Assembly: GCA_963923455.1 (NCBI GenBank) | Contig: CAWULT010000004.1 | Coordinates: forward strand, 16,315-80,314 | Origin: an uncultured bacterium | GTDB lineage: Bacteria; Acidobacteriota; Vicinamibacteria; Vicinamibacterales; UBA2999 | Length of the DNA: 64,000 bases | Direction: 5' to 3' | Shown here: positions 28,957 to 37,947 of the stretch, one piece after another | Position numbering within the stretch: the stretch's first letter is position 1 | Layout: the number at the start of each line of letters is the position of its first letter | Translations under genes and position numbers: made by a program | The notes under the pieces: model-generated | Told to the model about the DNA's origin: nothing | The model's input: only the letters and a program-made list of their open reading frames with translations | The model's database searches: none

Positions 28957-29496
28957 CTACAGCTTCTCCAGGGCGTCCTTCACTTCCCGTTCCGTCTTCA
29001 GCTCGTTCCGGAGCTCGAAGCTGAGGAACGGGGCGGCGATGGACTGCGCGATCATCCGGTCCACGTCGTTGAGCACCACGCCCTCCAGCGTGACGCGGCC
29101 GCGTTCGACGATCACGTGGATCGGCGGGTTGGCCATCATCGCGAATGGCCGGAACGACGGATTCGAGTAGATGGCGCGGGCGATCCTGAACCGCAGGTCG
29201 TCGTCGAACTGCGAGACCGGCAGCACGTCGATGCGGTTCTCGACCCGTGCGACACCGTCCACCCTGCCCACGCGCTTCTCGAGCGCCTCGCGCTTGAACG
29301 GCATCGTCACCTTGCCGGTCAGCACGACCGCGCCGTCGTGCACCTGGGCCTGCACGCTGTCGAAGATGGTGAAGAACGGATAGCGCAGCACCTCGCGCTG
29401 CACCGCGCGGAACAATTGGAGATTCTCGGTCTGGGCCGCGGCGGGGCCGGCGAGGCCCAGCACCACGAGACCGGCGAGCAACAGTCTGGCGACCAT
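28957..29496 (-). CDS. BON domain-containing periplasmic protein
   Basis: Signal peptide, then two BON-like modules (V.V.DGAVVLTGKV......V.GV..V.N.I and I.V.V.RGRVTLEGVV). RBS GGAGGG 5 nt before the ATG. Confidence 0.8.
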   Translation of the reverse strand: MVARLLLAGLVVLGLAGPAAAQTENLQLFRAVQREVLRYPFFTIFDSVQAQVHDGAVVLTGKVTMPFKREALEKRVGRVDGVARVENRIDVLPVSQFDDDLRFRIARAIYSNPSFRPFAMMANPPIHVIVERGRVTLEGVVLNDVDRMIAQSIAAPFLSFELRNELKTEREVKDALEKL

Positions 29497-29730
29497 GATG
29501 ACCCTCCGTCGAACCCGCGGATGACCCGCGGCGTCGTTCTGGCAGGCCGTTGAGCCCTGGCACTGGCTGCTTCCGCAAAGAGCTTGCCAGAACGAGATCG
29601 CCTGTCCGGCGCGCTGACGTCGAGGAATTCGCGAGGGTTCGCGAGCGCCCGCCCGCCGGTGTCCACCGACAGGGACGCGAGAGACGGGGGAACGCCCAGT
29701 GGAGGACGGTGCGCGGCCGCCGGGGCGGCG

Positions 29731-30462
29731 TCAGAAGACCAGCATGGTCGCGATGCCGGCGGCGATCAGCACGATCTGCCGCATCGACCCCGCGTCGGTG
29801 CGGCCGCGGTGAAGGCCCGGAATCAGATCGGCCATCGCCACGTAGAGGAAGCTCGACGCGGCCAGCGCGAGGCAGTAGGGCAGGATCTGCGGCACCGTGT
29901 CGAAGGCGAGCACCGCGACGAGCGCCCCGACCGCGCTCGCGAGTCCCGAGAGCAGGTTGAGCCCGAGCGCCTTGGCGCGCGGGTAGCCGGCGTGGAGCAG
30001 GATTGCGAAGTCGCCCACCTCCTGTGGAATCTCGTGCGCGGCCACCGCGACCGCGGTGCTGACGCCGAGGGGCACCGACGTCATCACGGCGGCGGCGATG
30101 ACCGCCCCGTCGACGAAGTTGTGGAACGCATCGCCGATGAGGACCGGGAAGACCGCCCCGTCGTGGACCTCGCAGTCGTGGGTGTGGCAGTGGCGCCAGA
30201 GCACGAGCTTCTCCAGCACGAAGAACAGCATGATCCCGGCGAGCAGGGTGGCGAGGACGCGGGGGGCGGGCAGCTGCGCGAGGGCCTCGGGCAGGATCGC
30301 GAGCATCGAGACGCCGAGCAGGGCGCCGACGGCGTAGCTGACGAGCCAGGGGACGATCTGGCTGCGGGCGGAGTCCTTGACGAGGAGCACGGCCGCCGCG
30401 ACGAGCAGGCCGCCCAAGCCGCCCAGCAGGCTCAGCCCGAGCGCGATCAGCAGCGTGGACAC
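29731..30462 (-). CDS. ZIP-family divalent metal (zinc) transporter, ZupT/GufA-like
   Basis: Multi-TM protein with HNFVDG and HEIPQEVGDF signature helices. GTG start at 30462. The track ORF is 5-prime-extended to 31584. Confidence 0.85.
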   Translation of the reverse strand: MSTLLIALGLSLLGGLGGLLVAAAVLLVKDSARSQIVPWLVSYAVGALLGVSMLAILPEALAQLPAPRVLATLLAGIMLFFVLEKLVLWRHCHTHDCEVHDGAVFPVLIGDAFHNFVDGAVIAAAVMTSVPLGVSTAVAVAAHEIPQEVGDFAILLHAGYPRAKALGLNLLSGLASAVGALVAVLAFDTVPQILPYCLALAASSFLYVAMADLIPGLHRGRTDAGSMRQIVLIAAGIATMLVF

Positions 30463-30471
30463 AGGAGGTCG

Positions 30472-30477
30472 ATCATA
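30472..30477 (-). promoter_or_regulatory. -10-like TATGAT, 9 nt upstream of the ZIP transporter GTG
   Basis: The minus strand reads GACTATGATCGACCTCCTGTG. Confidence 0.4.
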
Positions 30478-30506
30478 GTCCAGGACGCCGGTCCGCCCCT
30501 GCGTCG

Positions 30507-31565
30507 TCAGGAGGCGACGTACCCGCGCCGTGCCCGGATCGTGAGACGGCGGTTCCGCACCTCCACGCGGATGTCGTGCCAGCGCCCATCCCTGGGCTCC
30601 GTGCTCGCGTAGCCCAGGTAGTACTGGCTGCGCAGTTCGTCGGCCAGCCTCGCCGTGGCATCGCCGAGGTCGCCGACGCCGCGGACGATCTCGGTGCGTC
30701 CGCCCGTTTCGTCCGTGATGGCGCGCAGTGCGTCGGCGTTGACGCGGTCGCCGAGCCGCTGCGGCCGGGTGCCACCACCGACGATTGGCGGTGGTACGCG
30801 CGGGGGAAAGCGGCCGCGGCCGGCGGGGCCCGGGAATGGAATCCGGATCTGGAACGGCGGCATCGGGACCGGCGCGCGGGGGCGCAGGATGCGTGGGGCC
30901 TCGCGCGGGCGCCCGTCGATACCCAGCGCGTAGACGAGCACCTCGCTCTCGCGGATCAGGCGCTGCACGTCCCTCTCGGTGTGCCGGCTGCTGGTGTCGT
31001 TGCCGTCGGAGATGAGGAGCACGGCCTTCTTGCGATGCGAGCCCGTGGCGGCCATCGGGACGGCCGCGGCGATGGCGTCGTACATCGCCGTGCCGCCGAT
31101 CGGCACCACGGAGGCCACCGCGCGGCTGACGGCGCGCCGGTCCGTCGTCCAGCCCTGCGTGACCCGCGGGCTGTCGGCGAACTCCTCGAAGAACAGCTCG
31201 TCCCGGGGGTCGAGCAGCTCGACGACGAACCGGTCGATGGCCGAGCGCGCCGCGTCCATCTTGTCCGCCGTCATGCTGCCGCTGGCGTCGAGCACGATGC
31301 CCAGGCTCACCGGCACCCGTTCGCTGCTGAACAGGGTGATCTCCTGCGGCCGTCCGCCCTCGTAGACCGCGAAATCCTCCTTGCGCAGTCCGGGCACGAA
31401 GCGGCCGTCGCCGTCGGTGACGGTTGCCGTGACGTTGACCAGGGCGATGCCGCCGCGGAAGGTGTCGGTCTGTGCGCGAACGGCCGCTCCCGCCAGCGCG
31501 GCCAGCAGGCCGGCGGCGAGCGTCAGTCGTACGGGGAGACTCCGCGGCCCGGGCAGGCGTGCCAT
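30507..31565 (-). CDS. secreted VWA-domain protein ('VWFA-related acidobacterial domain' type), paralogue 2
   Basis: Signal peptide. Same N-terminal sandwich motif as 3944..4915 (FRGGIALVNVTATVTDGDGRFVPGLRKEDFAVYE), DASGSM MIDAS, ISDGNDT, and C-terminal YYLGY..WHDIRVEV..IRARRGY. Contains an extra Pro/Arg-rich insert. Confidence 0.85.
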   Translation of the reverse strand: MARLPGPRSLPVRLTLAAGLLAALAGAAVRAQTDTFRGGIALVNVTATVTDGDGRFVPGLRKEDFAVYEGGRPQEITLFSSERVPVSLGIVLDASGSMTADKMDAARSAIDRFVVELLDPRDELFFEEFADSPRVTQGWTTDRRAVSRAVASVVPIGGTAMYDAIAAAVPMAATGSHRKKAVLLISDGNDTSSRHTERDVQRLIRESEVLVYALGIDGRPREAPRILRPRAPVPMPPFQIRIPFPGPAGRGRFPPRVPPPIVGGGTRPQRLGDRVNADALRAITDETGGRTEIVRGVGDLGDATARLADELRSQYYLGYASTEPRDGRWHDIRVEVRNRRLTIRARRGYVAS

Positions 31566-31683
31566 CGTTCCGACGGCGACGCAATTCCCTTGCCTCGACG
31601 TGCCGCGGGTTTGGCCGGGGCTCCGCATACCGGCTCCCCGCGGCCGCCGCGGCGGTGTCACCCGGCGGCGCCGGCCCGTCCCT

Positions 31684-32262
31684 TCAGGCGGTCGGGCGGA
31701 TGCCCTCGGTGAACCGGTAGCCCTCTCGCTCGCCCAGCACCCTGACGGCCGAGAACCCCGCCGCCTGCAACACGGCCGCAGTGCCTCCGGCGTCCTGGTA
31801 CTCGGCGTCTCCGGCCGGCCGGGAGCGAAGCAGGGCCGACAAACCTTCGGGCGCGCCGGCCTCGATGGCGACCAACCGCCCCCCTGGGCGCAGCGCTGCC
31901 AGGCACCCGCGGATGGCGTCGGCACGCGCGGCAGGCGTCATCGAGCCCAACCAGCCCTTGTGGCTGTGGATGACCACCAGGTCGAAGCCAGGACCCTCGA
32001 ATGCGGTCGACTCGACCGCTCCCACCCGTACGTCGACCAGCGCGCCCGCTTCCGCGGCCGCCTTTCGCGCCTGGTCCGCCTGCGCCTCGGAGGGCACCAC
32101 GACGGCCGCGTGGCCGTTCAGCCCGCTCTTGGCCGCGAGCCTGGCCGTGAGCGCCCGATCGTCGAGGCCAACCTGGAGGACGCGCTCGCCCGCCCGCGCG
32201 CCGGTCATGGCGACGGGCAGCGGATCGGTGCCTTCTGCGGGGCGACGCAAAAACATGCGCAT
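31684..32262 (-). CDS. class I methyltransferase-fold protein with degenerate SAM motif I
   Basis: Methyltransf_11-like layout (..RVLQVGLDDRAL..DLVVIH......LRPGGRLV), but the usual GxGxG is replaced by GLDDR. The start ATG is 32262 or 32256. The track ORF is hugely 5-prime-extended (antisense to the next gene). Confidence 0.65.
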   Translation of the reverse strand: MRMFLRRPAEGTDPLPVAMTGARAGERVLQVGLDDRALTARLAAKSGLNGHAAVVVPSEAQADQARKAAAEAGALVDVRVGAVESTAFEGPGFDLVVIHSHKGWLGSMTPAARADAIRGCLAALRPGGRLVAIEAGAPEGLSALLRSRPAGDAEYQDAGGTAAVLQAAGFSAVRVLGEREGYRFTEGIRPTA

Positions 32263-32268
32263 TTCCTC

Positions 32269-32274
32269 ATGATA
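32269..32274 (-). promoter_or_regulatory. -10-like TATCAT, 6 nt upstream of the methyltransferase-fold ATG
   Basis: The minus strand reads CGACTATATCATGAGGAAATG. It overlaps the opposite-strand hexamer in a 24-nt divergent spacer. Confidence 0.45.
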
Positions 32275-32278
32275 TAGT
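32273..32278 (+). promoter_or_regulatory. -10-like TATAGT, 8 nt upstream of the ino1 GTG
   Basis: CATGATATAGTCGCGGGTTGTG. Confidence 0.45.
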
Positions 32279-32286
32279 CGCGGGTT

Positions 32287-33600
32287 GTGACGAAACCACT
32301 CGACATCGCCCCTGCACGCGGCAAACTCGGCGTGCTGCTCGTCGGACTCGGTGCCGTGAGCACCACCACCATCGCAGGCGTCATGGCCATCCGAAAGGGC
32401 CTCGCGCTCCCGATCGGCTCGCTCACGCAGATGGGTACCATCCGGCTCGGCAAGCGCACCGAGGGCCGCGCGCCCAAGATCAACGAATTCGTCCCGCTCG
32501 CGGGCCTCGACGACATCGTCTTCGGCGGCTGGGACATCTTCGAGGAAGACTGTTACGGCGCCGCGAAGACGGCGGGCGTGCTCGAGACGTCGCAGCTCGA
32601 CCAGGTGCGCGGCGAGCTCGAGGCGGTCAAACCGATGCCGGCCGTCTTCGACCAGCGCTACGTCAAGCGCCTCGACGGCCCCAACGTCAAGAAGGGCAAG
32701 AACAAGAAAGACCTCGCCGAGCAGCTCGTCGCCGACATCCGCGCGTTCAAGGCCAGGCACAACTGCGATCGGATGGTGATGCTCTGGGTGGGCAGCACCG
32801 AGGTGTTCATGAAGGAGGGGCCGGTCCACCAGAGCCTGGCCGCCTTCGAGAAGGGCCTCGAGACGAGCGACGACCAGATCCCGTCGAGCATGATCTACGC
32901 GTACGCGGCGATCAGCGAGGGCCTGCCATTCGTCAACGCGGCGCCGAACCTGACGGCCGACATCCCGGCGCTCCAGGAGCTGGCCGCGAAGACGAAGTCG
33001 CCGCTCGCCGGCAACGACATGAAGACCGGGCAGACGCTGATCAAGACGATCATCGCCCCGGGTCTCAAGGCGCGTCTGCTCGGCGTCAAGGGCTGGTATT
33101 CGACGAACATCCTGGGCAACCGGGACGGCGAGGTGCTCGACGATCCCGAGTCGTTCAAGACGAAGGAAGAGAGCAAGAAGTCGGCGCTCGACTACATCTT
33201 CCAGCCGCACCTGTACCCGAGCCTGTACGGCGACCTGACGCACGTCGTGCGCATCAACTACTACCCGCCGCGCGGCGACAACAAGGAAGGCTGGGACAAC
33301 ATCGACATCTTCGGCTGGCTCGGGTACCCGATGCAGTTGAAGATCAACTTCCTCTGCCGCGACTCCATCCTGGCGGCGCCGATCGTGCTCGACACGGCGC
33401 TCTTCATGGACCTGGCCAAGCGGACGGGCATGTCGGGCATCCAGGAGTGGCTGTCGTTCTACTTCAAGGCCCCGATGCACGCCCGCGAGGTGTATCCGGA
33501 GCACGACCTGTTCATCCAGCTGATGAAGCTGAAGAACACGCTGCGCCACATGATGGGCGAGGAGCTCATCACGCACCTCGGCCGCGAGTACTACGACTGA
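32287..33600 (+). CDS. ino1: myo-inositol-1-phosphate (inositol-3-phosphate) synthase
   Basis: 437 aa of the bacterial/archaeal MIPS type: N-terminal NAD-binding VLLVGLGAVSTT, NAAPN, SPLAGNDMKTGQT, LGNRDG. GTG start. Confidence 0.88.
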   Translation: MTKPLDIAPARGKLGVLLVGLGAVSTTTIAGVMAIRKGLALPIGSLTQMGTIRLGKRTEGRAPKINEFVPLAGLDDIVFGGWDIFEEDCYGAAKTAGVLETSQLDQVRGELEAVKPMPAVFDQRYVKRLDGPNVKKGKNKKDLAEQLVADIRAFKARHNCDRMVMLWVGSTEVFMKEGPVHQSLAAFEKGLETSDDQIPSSMIYAYAAISEGLPFVNAAPNLTADIPALQELAAKTKSPLAGNDMKTGQTLIKTIIAPGLKARLLGVKGWYSTNILGNRDGEVLDDPESFKTKEESKKSALDYIFQPHLYPSLYGDLTHVVRINYYPPRGDNKEGWDNIDIFGWLGYPMQLKINFLCRDSILAAPIVLDTALFMDLAKRTGMSGIQEWLSFYFKAPMHAREVYPEHDLFIQLMKLKNTLRHMMGEELITHLGREYYD

Positions 33601-33619
33601 CGGCCCTCCGCACGCCGTC

Positions 33620-34114
33620 ATGATCCAGCCCGCGCTCGTCGGCGGTCTCTTCATCGGCGTGCTCTCGGCGTTGCCGGTCGTCAGCCTCGGCAACTGCTGC
33701 TGCTTGTGGATGGTTGGCGGTGGATTCCTCGCCGCCTACCTCGAACACCTCCGTGACGCCCGCACCGTGCCATCCGGGCGCGGTCTGCTGCTCGGGGCGC
33801 TGGCCGGCGTCGCGGGTGCGTTCGTCTGGCTGCCCGTCTCGATCGCGATCACCGCGCTGGTCGGGCCGCTGCAGCAGCGGCTGGCCGGGGCGCTGGTCGC
33901 CGCCCCAGACATGCCAGCCGAGGCGCGCGGGTGGCTCGAGGCCCTCACCGGTCCGTTCCTCTATGCCCTCGGCTTCACGTTCCAGCTGGTCGCCGGCGCC
34001 GTCGCCGGCGCCATCGGCGGCCTGCTGGGCGCGGCATGGTTCCGCACGGACGTCCCGCCGGCGATGGGCGGTACTCCGCCCCCGCTGCCACCCGATCTCG
34101 GGGGCCTGCGGTAG
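33620..34114 (+). CDS. hypothetical small integral membrane protein (CCC motif)
   Basis: 164 aa with about four hydrophobic helices, an unusual GNCCCLW motif in TM1/2 and a Pro-rich tail. The ATG is 19 nt after the ino1 stop. Confidence 0.55.
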   Translation: MIQPALVGGLFIGVLSALPVVSLGNCCCLWMVGGGFLAAYLEHLRDARTVPSGRGLLLGALAGVAGAFVWLPVSIAITALVGPLQQRLAGALVAAPDMPAEARGWLEALTGPFLYALGFTFQLVAGAVAGAIGGLLGAAWFRTDVPPAMGGTPPPLPPDLGGLR

Positions 34115-34141
34115 TTCGCTCCTGCGGTATTCTGGGGCGCC

Positions 34142-36109
34142 ATGTCTGACGCGACCCCGTCCCCAGAGATTGCCGACCTCCTCCAGGAAGACCGCACGTT
34201 CACGCCGTCCGAGGCGTTCCGCGCCGCGGCCAACGTCCGCGACGAGGGCGTCTATGCCCGCGCGGAGGCCGACCCCGAAGGCTTCTGGGCCGGTTTCGCC
34301 GCCGAGCTCGAGTGGTCCACGCCGTGGACGCAGGTGCTCGACTGGCAACCACCGCACGCCAGGTGGTTCCTGGGCGGGCGGATCAACGCCAGCGTCAACT
34401 GTGTCGATCGCCACGTGCGCGGCGCACGGCGCAACAAGGCTGCGATCGTCTGGGAGGGCGAGCCGGGCGACCGGCGGACGCTGACCTACTTCGACCTGTA
34501 CCGGCAGGTGAGCCAGTTCGCCAACGTGCTGCGCGGCCTCGGCGTGAAGAAGGGCGACCGCGTCGCGCTGTACCTGCCGCTCGTGCCCGAGCTCGCGATC
34601 GCCATGCTCGCCTGCGCGCGCGTCGGGGCGGTGCACTCGGTCGTCTTCGGCGGATTCAGCGCCGAGTCGCTGCGGGACCGCATCAACGACGCCCAGTGCT
34701 CGCTGCTCGTCACGGCCGACGGCGGCTGGCGGCGCGGCCACATCGTCCCGCTCAAGAAGATGGCCGACCAGGCGCTCGAGGAGACGCCGTCGATCCGCCA
34801 CGTCGTCGTGGTGCAGCGGCTGCGCGAGTCGGAGGCGCCGGTCCACATGCAGGAGGGGCGCGACCACTGGTACCACGCGCTGATGCAGGACGCCTCCAAC
34901 GTCTGCCCGCCCGAGCCGATGGACGCGGAGGACATGCTCTACATCCTCTACACCTCGGGCACGACGGGGAAGCCGAAGGGCATCGTGCACACGACCGGCG
35001 GGTACCTCGTCGGCACCTACGCCACCACCAAGTGGGTGTTCGATCTGAAGGAGGACGACGTCTACTGGTGCACCGCCGACATCGGCTGGGTGACGGGCCA
35101 CAGCTACGTCGTCTACGGCCCGCTGGCCAACGGCGCCACCGTCGTGATGTACGAGGGTGCCCCTGACTGGCCGGAGAAGGACCGCTTCTGGCAGATCATC
35201 GAGCGCTACGGCGTGACCATCTTCTACACGGCGCCGACGGCGATCCGTGCCTTCATGCGGTGGGGCACGGAGTGGCCGAAGAAGCGGGACCTGACGTCGC
35301 TGCGCCTGCTCGGCTCCGTGGGTGAACCGATCAACCCCGAGGCGTGGGTGTGGTACCACCGGCACATTGGCGGCGAGCGCTGCCCGGTCGTCGATACCTG
35401 GTGGCAGACCGAGACGGGCGCCATCATGATCACGCCGCTGCCAGGCATCACCAGCACCAAGCCCGGTTCGGCGACCCGGGCGTTTCCCGGCATCAGGGCC
35501 GAGATCAAGACGGACAAGGGCGTCTCGATCGAGGGCCCGGGGGGCGGTCTGCTGGCGCTGACGCGACCGTGGCCCTCGATGCTGCGCGGGATCTACGGCG
35601 ACCCGCAGCGCTACGTCCAGCAGTACTGGAGCCGCTGGACCCCCGACATCTACTTCACCGGAGACGGCGCCAAACGCGACGCCGACGAGTTCTTCTGGCT
35701 GCTCGGACGCGTCGACGACGTGCTGAACGTGGCGGGGCACCGTATCGGGACGATGGAGGTCGAGAGCGCGCTCGTCGACCACCCGAGCGTGGCCGAGGCG
35801 GCGGTGGTCGGCCGCTCGCACGAGATCAAGGGCCAGGCCGTGGCCGCGTTCGTGACGCTCAAGGAGGGGGTGGCGGGTGGTCCGCAGGTCGTGGCGGACC
35901 TGAAGGAGCACGTCGTCAAGAAGATCGGGGCCATTGCCAGGCCCGACGACATCATCTTCGCGGCCGACCTGCCGAAGACGCGGTCCGGCAAGATCATGCG
36001 GCGGCTGCTGCGCGACATCGCCGAGGGCAAGACGCTCGGCGACACGACCACGCTGGCCGACCCGGGCGTGGTGGCCCGGCTGAAGGACCAGTACCAGGAC
36101 GAGCACTGA
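34142..36109 (+). CDS. acs: acetyl-CoA synthetase (AMP-forming)
   Basis: 655 aa: [14 protein letters not shown]-binding motif, [37 protein letters not shown]. Confidence 0.97.
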   Translation: MSDATPSPEIADLLQEDRTFTPSEAFRAAANVRDEGVYARAEADPEGFWAGFAAELEWSTPWTQVLDWQPPHARWFLGGRINASVNCVDRHVRGARRNKAAIVWEGEPGDRRTLTYFDLYRQVSQFANVLRGLGVKKGDRVALYLPLVPELAIAMLACARVGAVHSVVFGGFSAESLRDRINDAQCSLLVTADGGWRRGHIVPLKKMADQALEETPSIRHVVVVQRLRESEAPVHMQEGRDHWYHALMQDASNVCPPEPMDAEDMLYILYTSGTTGKPKGIVHTTGGYLVGTYATTKWVFDLKEDDVYWCTADIGWVTGHSYVVYGPLANGATVVMYEGAPDWPEKDRFWQIIERYGVTIFYTAPTAIRAFMRWGTEWPKKRDLTSLRLLGSVGEPINPEAWVWYHRHIGGERCPVVDTWWQTETGAIMITPLPGITSTKPGSATRAFPGIRAEIKTDKGVSIEGPGGGLLALTRPWPSMLRGIYGDPQRYVQQYWSRWTPDIYFTGDGAKRDADEFFWLLGRVDDVLNVAGHRIGTMEVESALVDHPSVAEAAVVGRSHEIKGQAVAAFVTLKEGVAGGPQVVADLKEHVVKKIGAIARPDDIIFAADLPKTRSGKIMRRLLRDIAEGKTLGDTTTLADPGVVARLKDQYQDEH

Positions 36110-36158
36110 GCGGGAACGGCCGGAACCCCCGCCCGGCCGGCCTCGTATCCGGACACTG

Positions 36159-36845
36159 ATGGCACTCATCGAGACGCGCGACCTCTGGAAGACGTACGTC
36201 ATGGGCGACGAGGAGATTCACGCCCTGCGCGGGGTCTCCATTCAGATTGAGCGGGGCGAGTACGTGGCGATCATGGGGCCGTCGGGGTCCGGCAAGTCGA
36301 CCCTGATGAACCTGATCGGGTGTCTCGACACCCCGACGAAGGGCAGCTATCTGCTGAACGGCAAGCAGGTCAGCCAGATGAACGACAACGAGCTCGCCCG
36401 GATCCGGAACCAGGAGATCGGCTTCGTCTTCCAGACGTTCAACCTGCTGCCGCGCGCCACGGCGTTGCAGAACGTCGAACTGCCGCTGGTCTATGCGGGC
36501 GTGTCGGCCAAGGACCGCCAGGCGCGGGCCAAGGAAGCGCTGGAGCGCGTCGAGCTGACGTCGCGGATGAGCCACCGTCCGAACGAGCTGTCCGGCGGCC
36601 AGCGCCAGCGCGTCGCGATCGCACGGGCGCTCGTGAACAACCCCTCCATCCTGCTCGCGGACGAGCCGACGGGGAACCTCGACTCGAAGACCGGCAGCGA
36701 GATCATGGCTCTCTTCGCGCGGCTGCACGCGTCGGGCAATACGATCGTGCTGGTCACGCACGAGCCCGACATCGCGGTGTTCGCCCACCGCACCATCTCA
36801 GTGCGCGACGGGCAGGTCGAAAAGGACGTCCGCCGCGCCGCCTGA
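36159..36845 (+). CDS. stand-alone MacB/LolD-type ABC transporter ATP-binding protein
   Basis: Walker [11 protein letters not shown]-loop, signature [15 protein letters not shown], Walker [13 protein letters not shown]-loop VTHE. No FtsX/MacB permease or MFP gene flanks it. Confidence 0.93.
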   Translation: MALIETRDLWKTYVMGDEEIHALRGVSIQIERGEYVAIMGPSGSGKSTLMNLIGCLDTPTKGSYLLNGKQVSQMNDNELARIRNQEIGFVFQTFNLLPRATALQNVELPLVYAGVSAKDRQARAKEALERVELTSRMSHRPNELSGGQRQRVAIARALVNNPSILLADEPTGNLDSKTGSEIMALFARLHASGNTIVLVTHEPDIAVFAHRTISVRDGQVEKDVRRAA

Positions 36846-36903
36846 CGCGGGGCGTCACGGGTCCCGCGGTCTGCGCTACGATGGCCAGCCGAGGAGGCTG
36901 GTC

Positions 36904-37905
36904 ATGCGGATCATCCATGCGTTCCTGGCGGTGGCGGCTGCCGTGCTGACGCTCGCGGCTGTTCAGGCGGCCGGCCAGGCCGCCGGGCAGTCGCGGCGTT
37001 CACCCGGGGCGGCGGCTTCCCGGTCCGTGCCCCGTCGTGACGCGCCTGTCGCGCAGGGGCCGACCTGCGACCGGCGCTGCCTGTTGCAGTTCCTGTTCGA
37101 GTACACCGAGGCCCTCACCGACAACGACACCTCGAGGCTGGCGGTGGCGCCGACGGTGCGCGTGACCAGTAACGGGACCGTGACGACGCTCGGCAAGGGT
37201 GACGTGTGGGGCCCGGCCCGGCGCCTGCCGTACCGGCAGACGTTCGTCGATCCGGTCACCGGCGCGGCTGTGTTCTACGGCGTCGTGACCATGTCGACGC
37301 GGCCCACCCGGCCCGACACGCCCGCGCCCTCCGAGCAGCCCCGGTGGTGGTACTACGTCGCGCGGCTCAAGGTGGAGGCGAGGAAGCTGTCGGAGGTCGA
37401 GGAGATCGCCTACGAGCCGGGCCCCAACGCGTTCGGTGCGCCCCCGTCGTCGCTGACGCTGCCCGACCGCATCTTCGATACCGTGCTGCCGGAGGCCGAA
37501 CGATCGACGCGCGAGCAGCTGTTCGACATCGCCAACCGGTACTTCGACGCGGTGTCGCAGCGGATCGACTACCGGCAGGTGCCGTGGCACCCCGAGTGCC
37601 AGCGGGTGGAACTGGGGGTATTCACGGTCAATGCCCCGCGCACCGCCGGCAGCTGCGGCGGGGAGTTCCAGGTGCCGTCGGTCAAGTGGAACGTCGAGAA
37701 CCGCCGCTTCTACATCGCCGACGTCGAGCGGGGCGTGGTGCTCGCGGCCGGCAACTTCATGGCGCCGAAGGAGTACCCGACCAACAACCCGTCGGTGGTC
37801 ATGGAGGTGTTCAAGGTGCAGGACGGGATGATCCGGCACATCCACGCGTTCTTCCGTGGCAACGGCCAGCCCCGCTCGGGCTGGGGCTCGGGACCGGGGG
37901 CGTAG
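36904..37905 (+). CDS. hypothetical secreted protein, possibly tandem NTF2-like folds
   Basis: Signal peptide with RBS GAGGAGG. Two segments resemble SnoaL/NTF2-like cores (FLFEYTEALTDNDTSRLAVAPTVRVTSNG... and IANRYFDAVSQ...VMEVFKVQDGMIRHIHAFF). The fold call is from memory of the pattern only. Confidence 0.6.
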   Translation: MRIIHAFLAVAAAVLTLAAVQAAGQAAGQSRRSPGAAASRSVPRRDAPVAQGPTCDRRCLLQFLFEYTEALTDNDTSRLAVAPTVRVTSNGTVTTLGKGDVWGPARRLPYRQTFVDPVTGAAVFYGVVTMSTRPTRPDTPAPSEQPRWWYYVARLKVEARKLSEVEEIAYEPGPNAFGAPPSSLTLPDRIFDTVLPEAERSTREQLFDIANRYFDAVSQRIDYRQVPWHPECQRVELGVFTVNAPRTAGSCGGEFQVPSVKWNVENRRFYIADVERGVVLAAGNFMAPKEYPTNNPSVVMEVFKVQDGMIRHIHAFFRGNGQPRSGWGSGPGA

Positions 37906-37947
37906 CCCGACGCCGAGCCGCGGCCGGACGGTCGCGGGGGAGGGGTC

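Noticed and set aside
29537-29592. A TGGCAC (29558-29563) inside an 8-bp inverted repeat TTCTGGCA...TGCCAGAA, which looked like a sigma54 -24 element.
   Set aside because: The GC of the would-be -12 element is at the wrong spacing (offset 10 instead of 12). The motif is also on the plus strand, pointing into the 3-prime end of a minus-strand gene.
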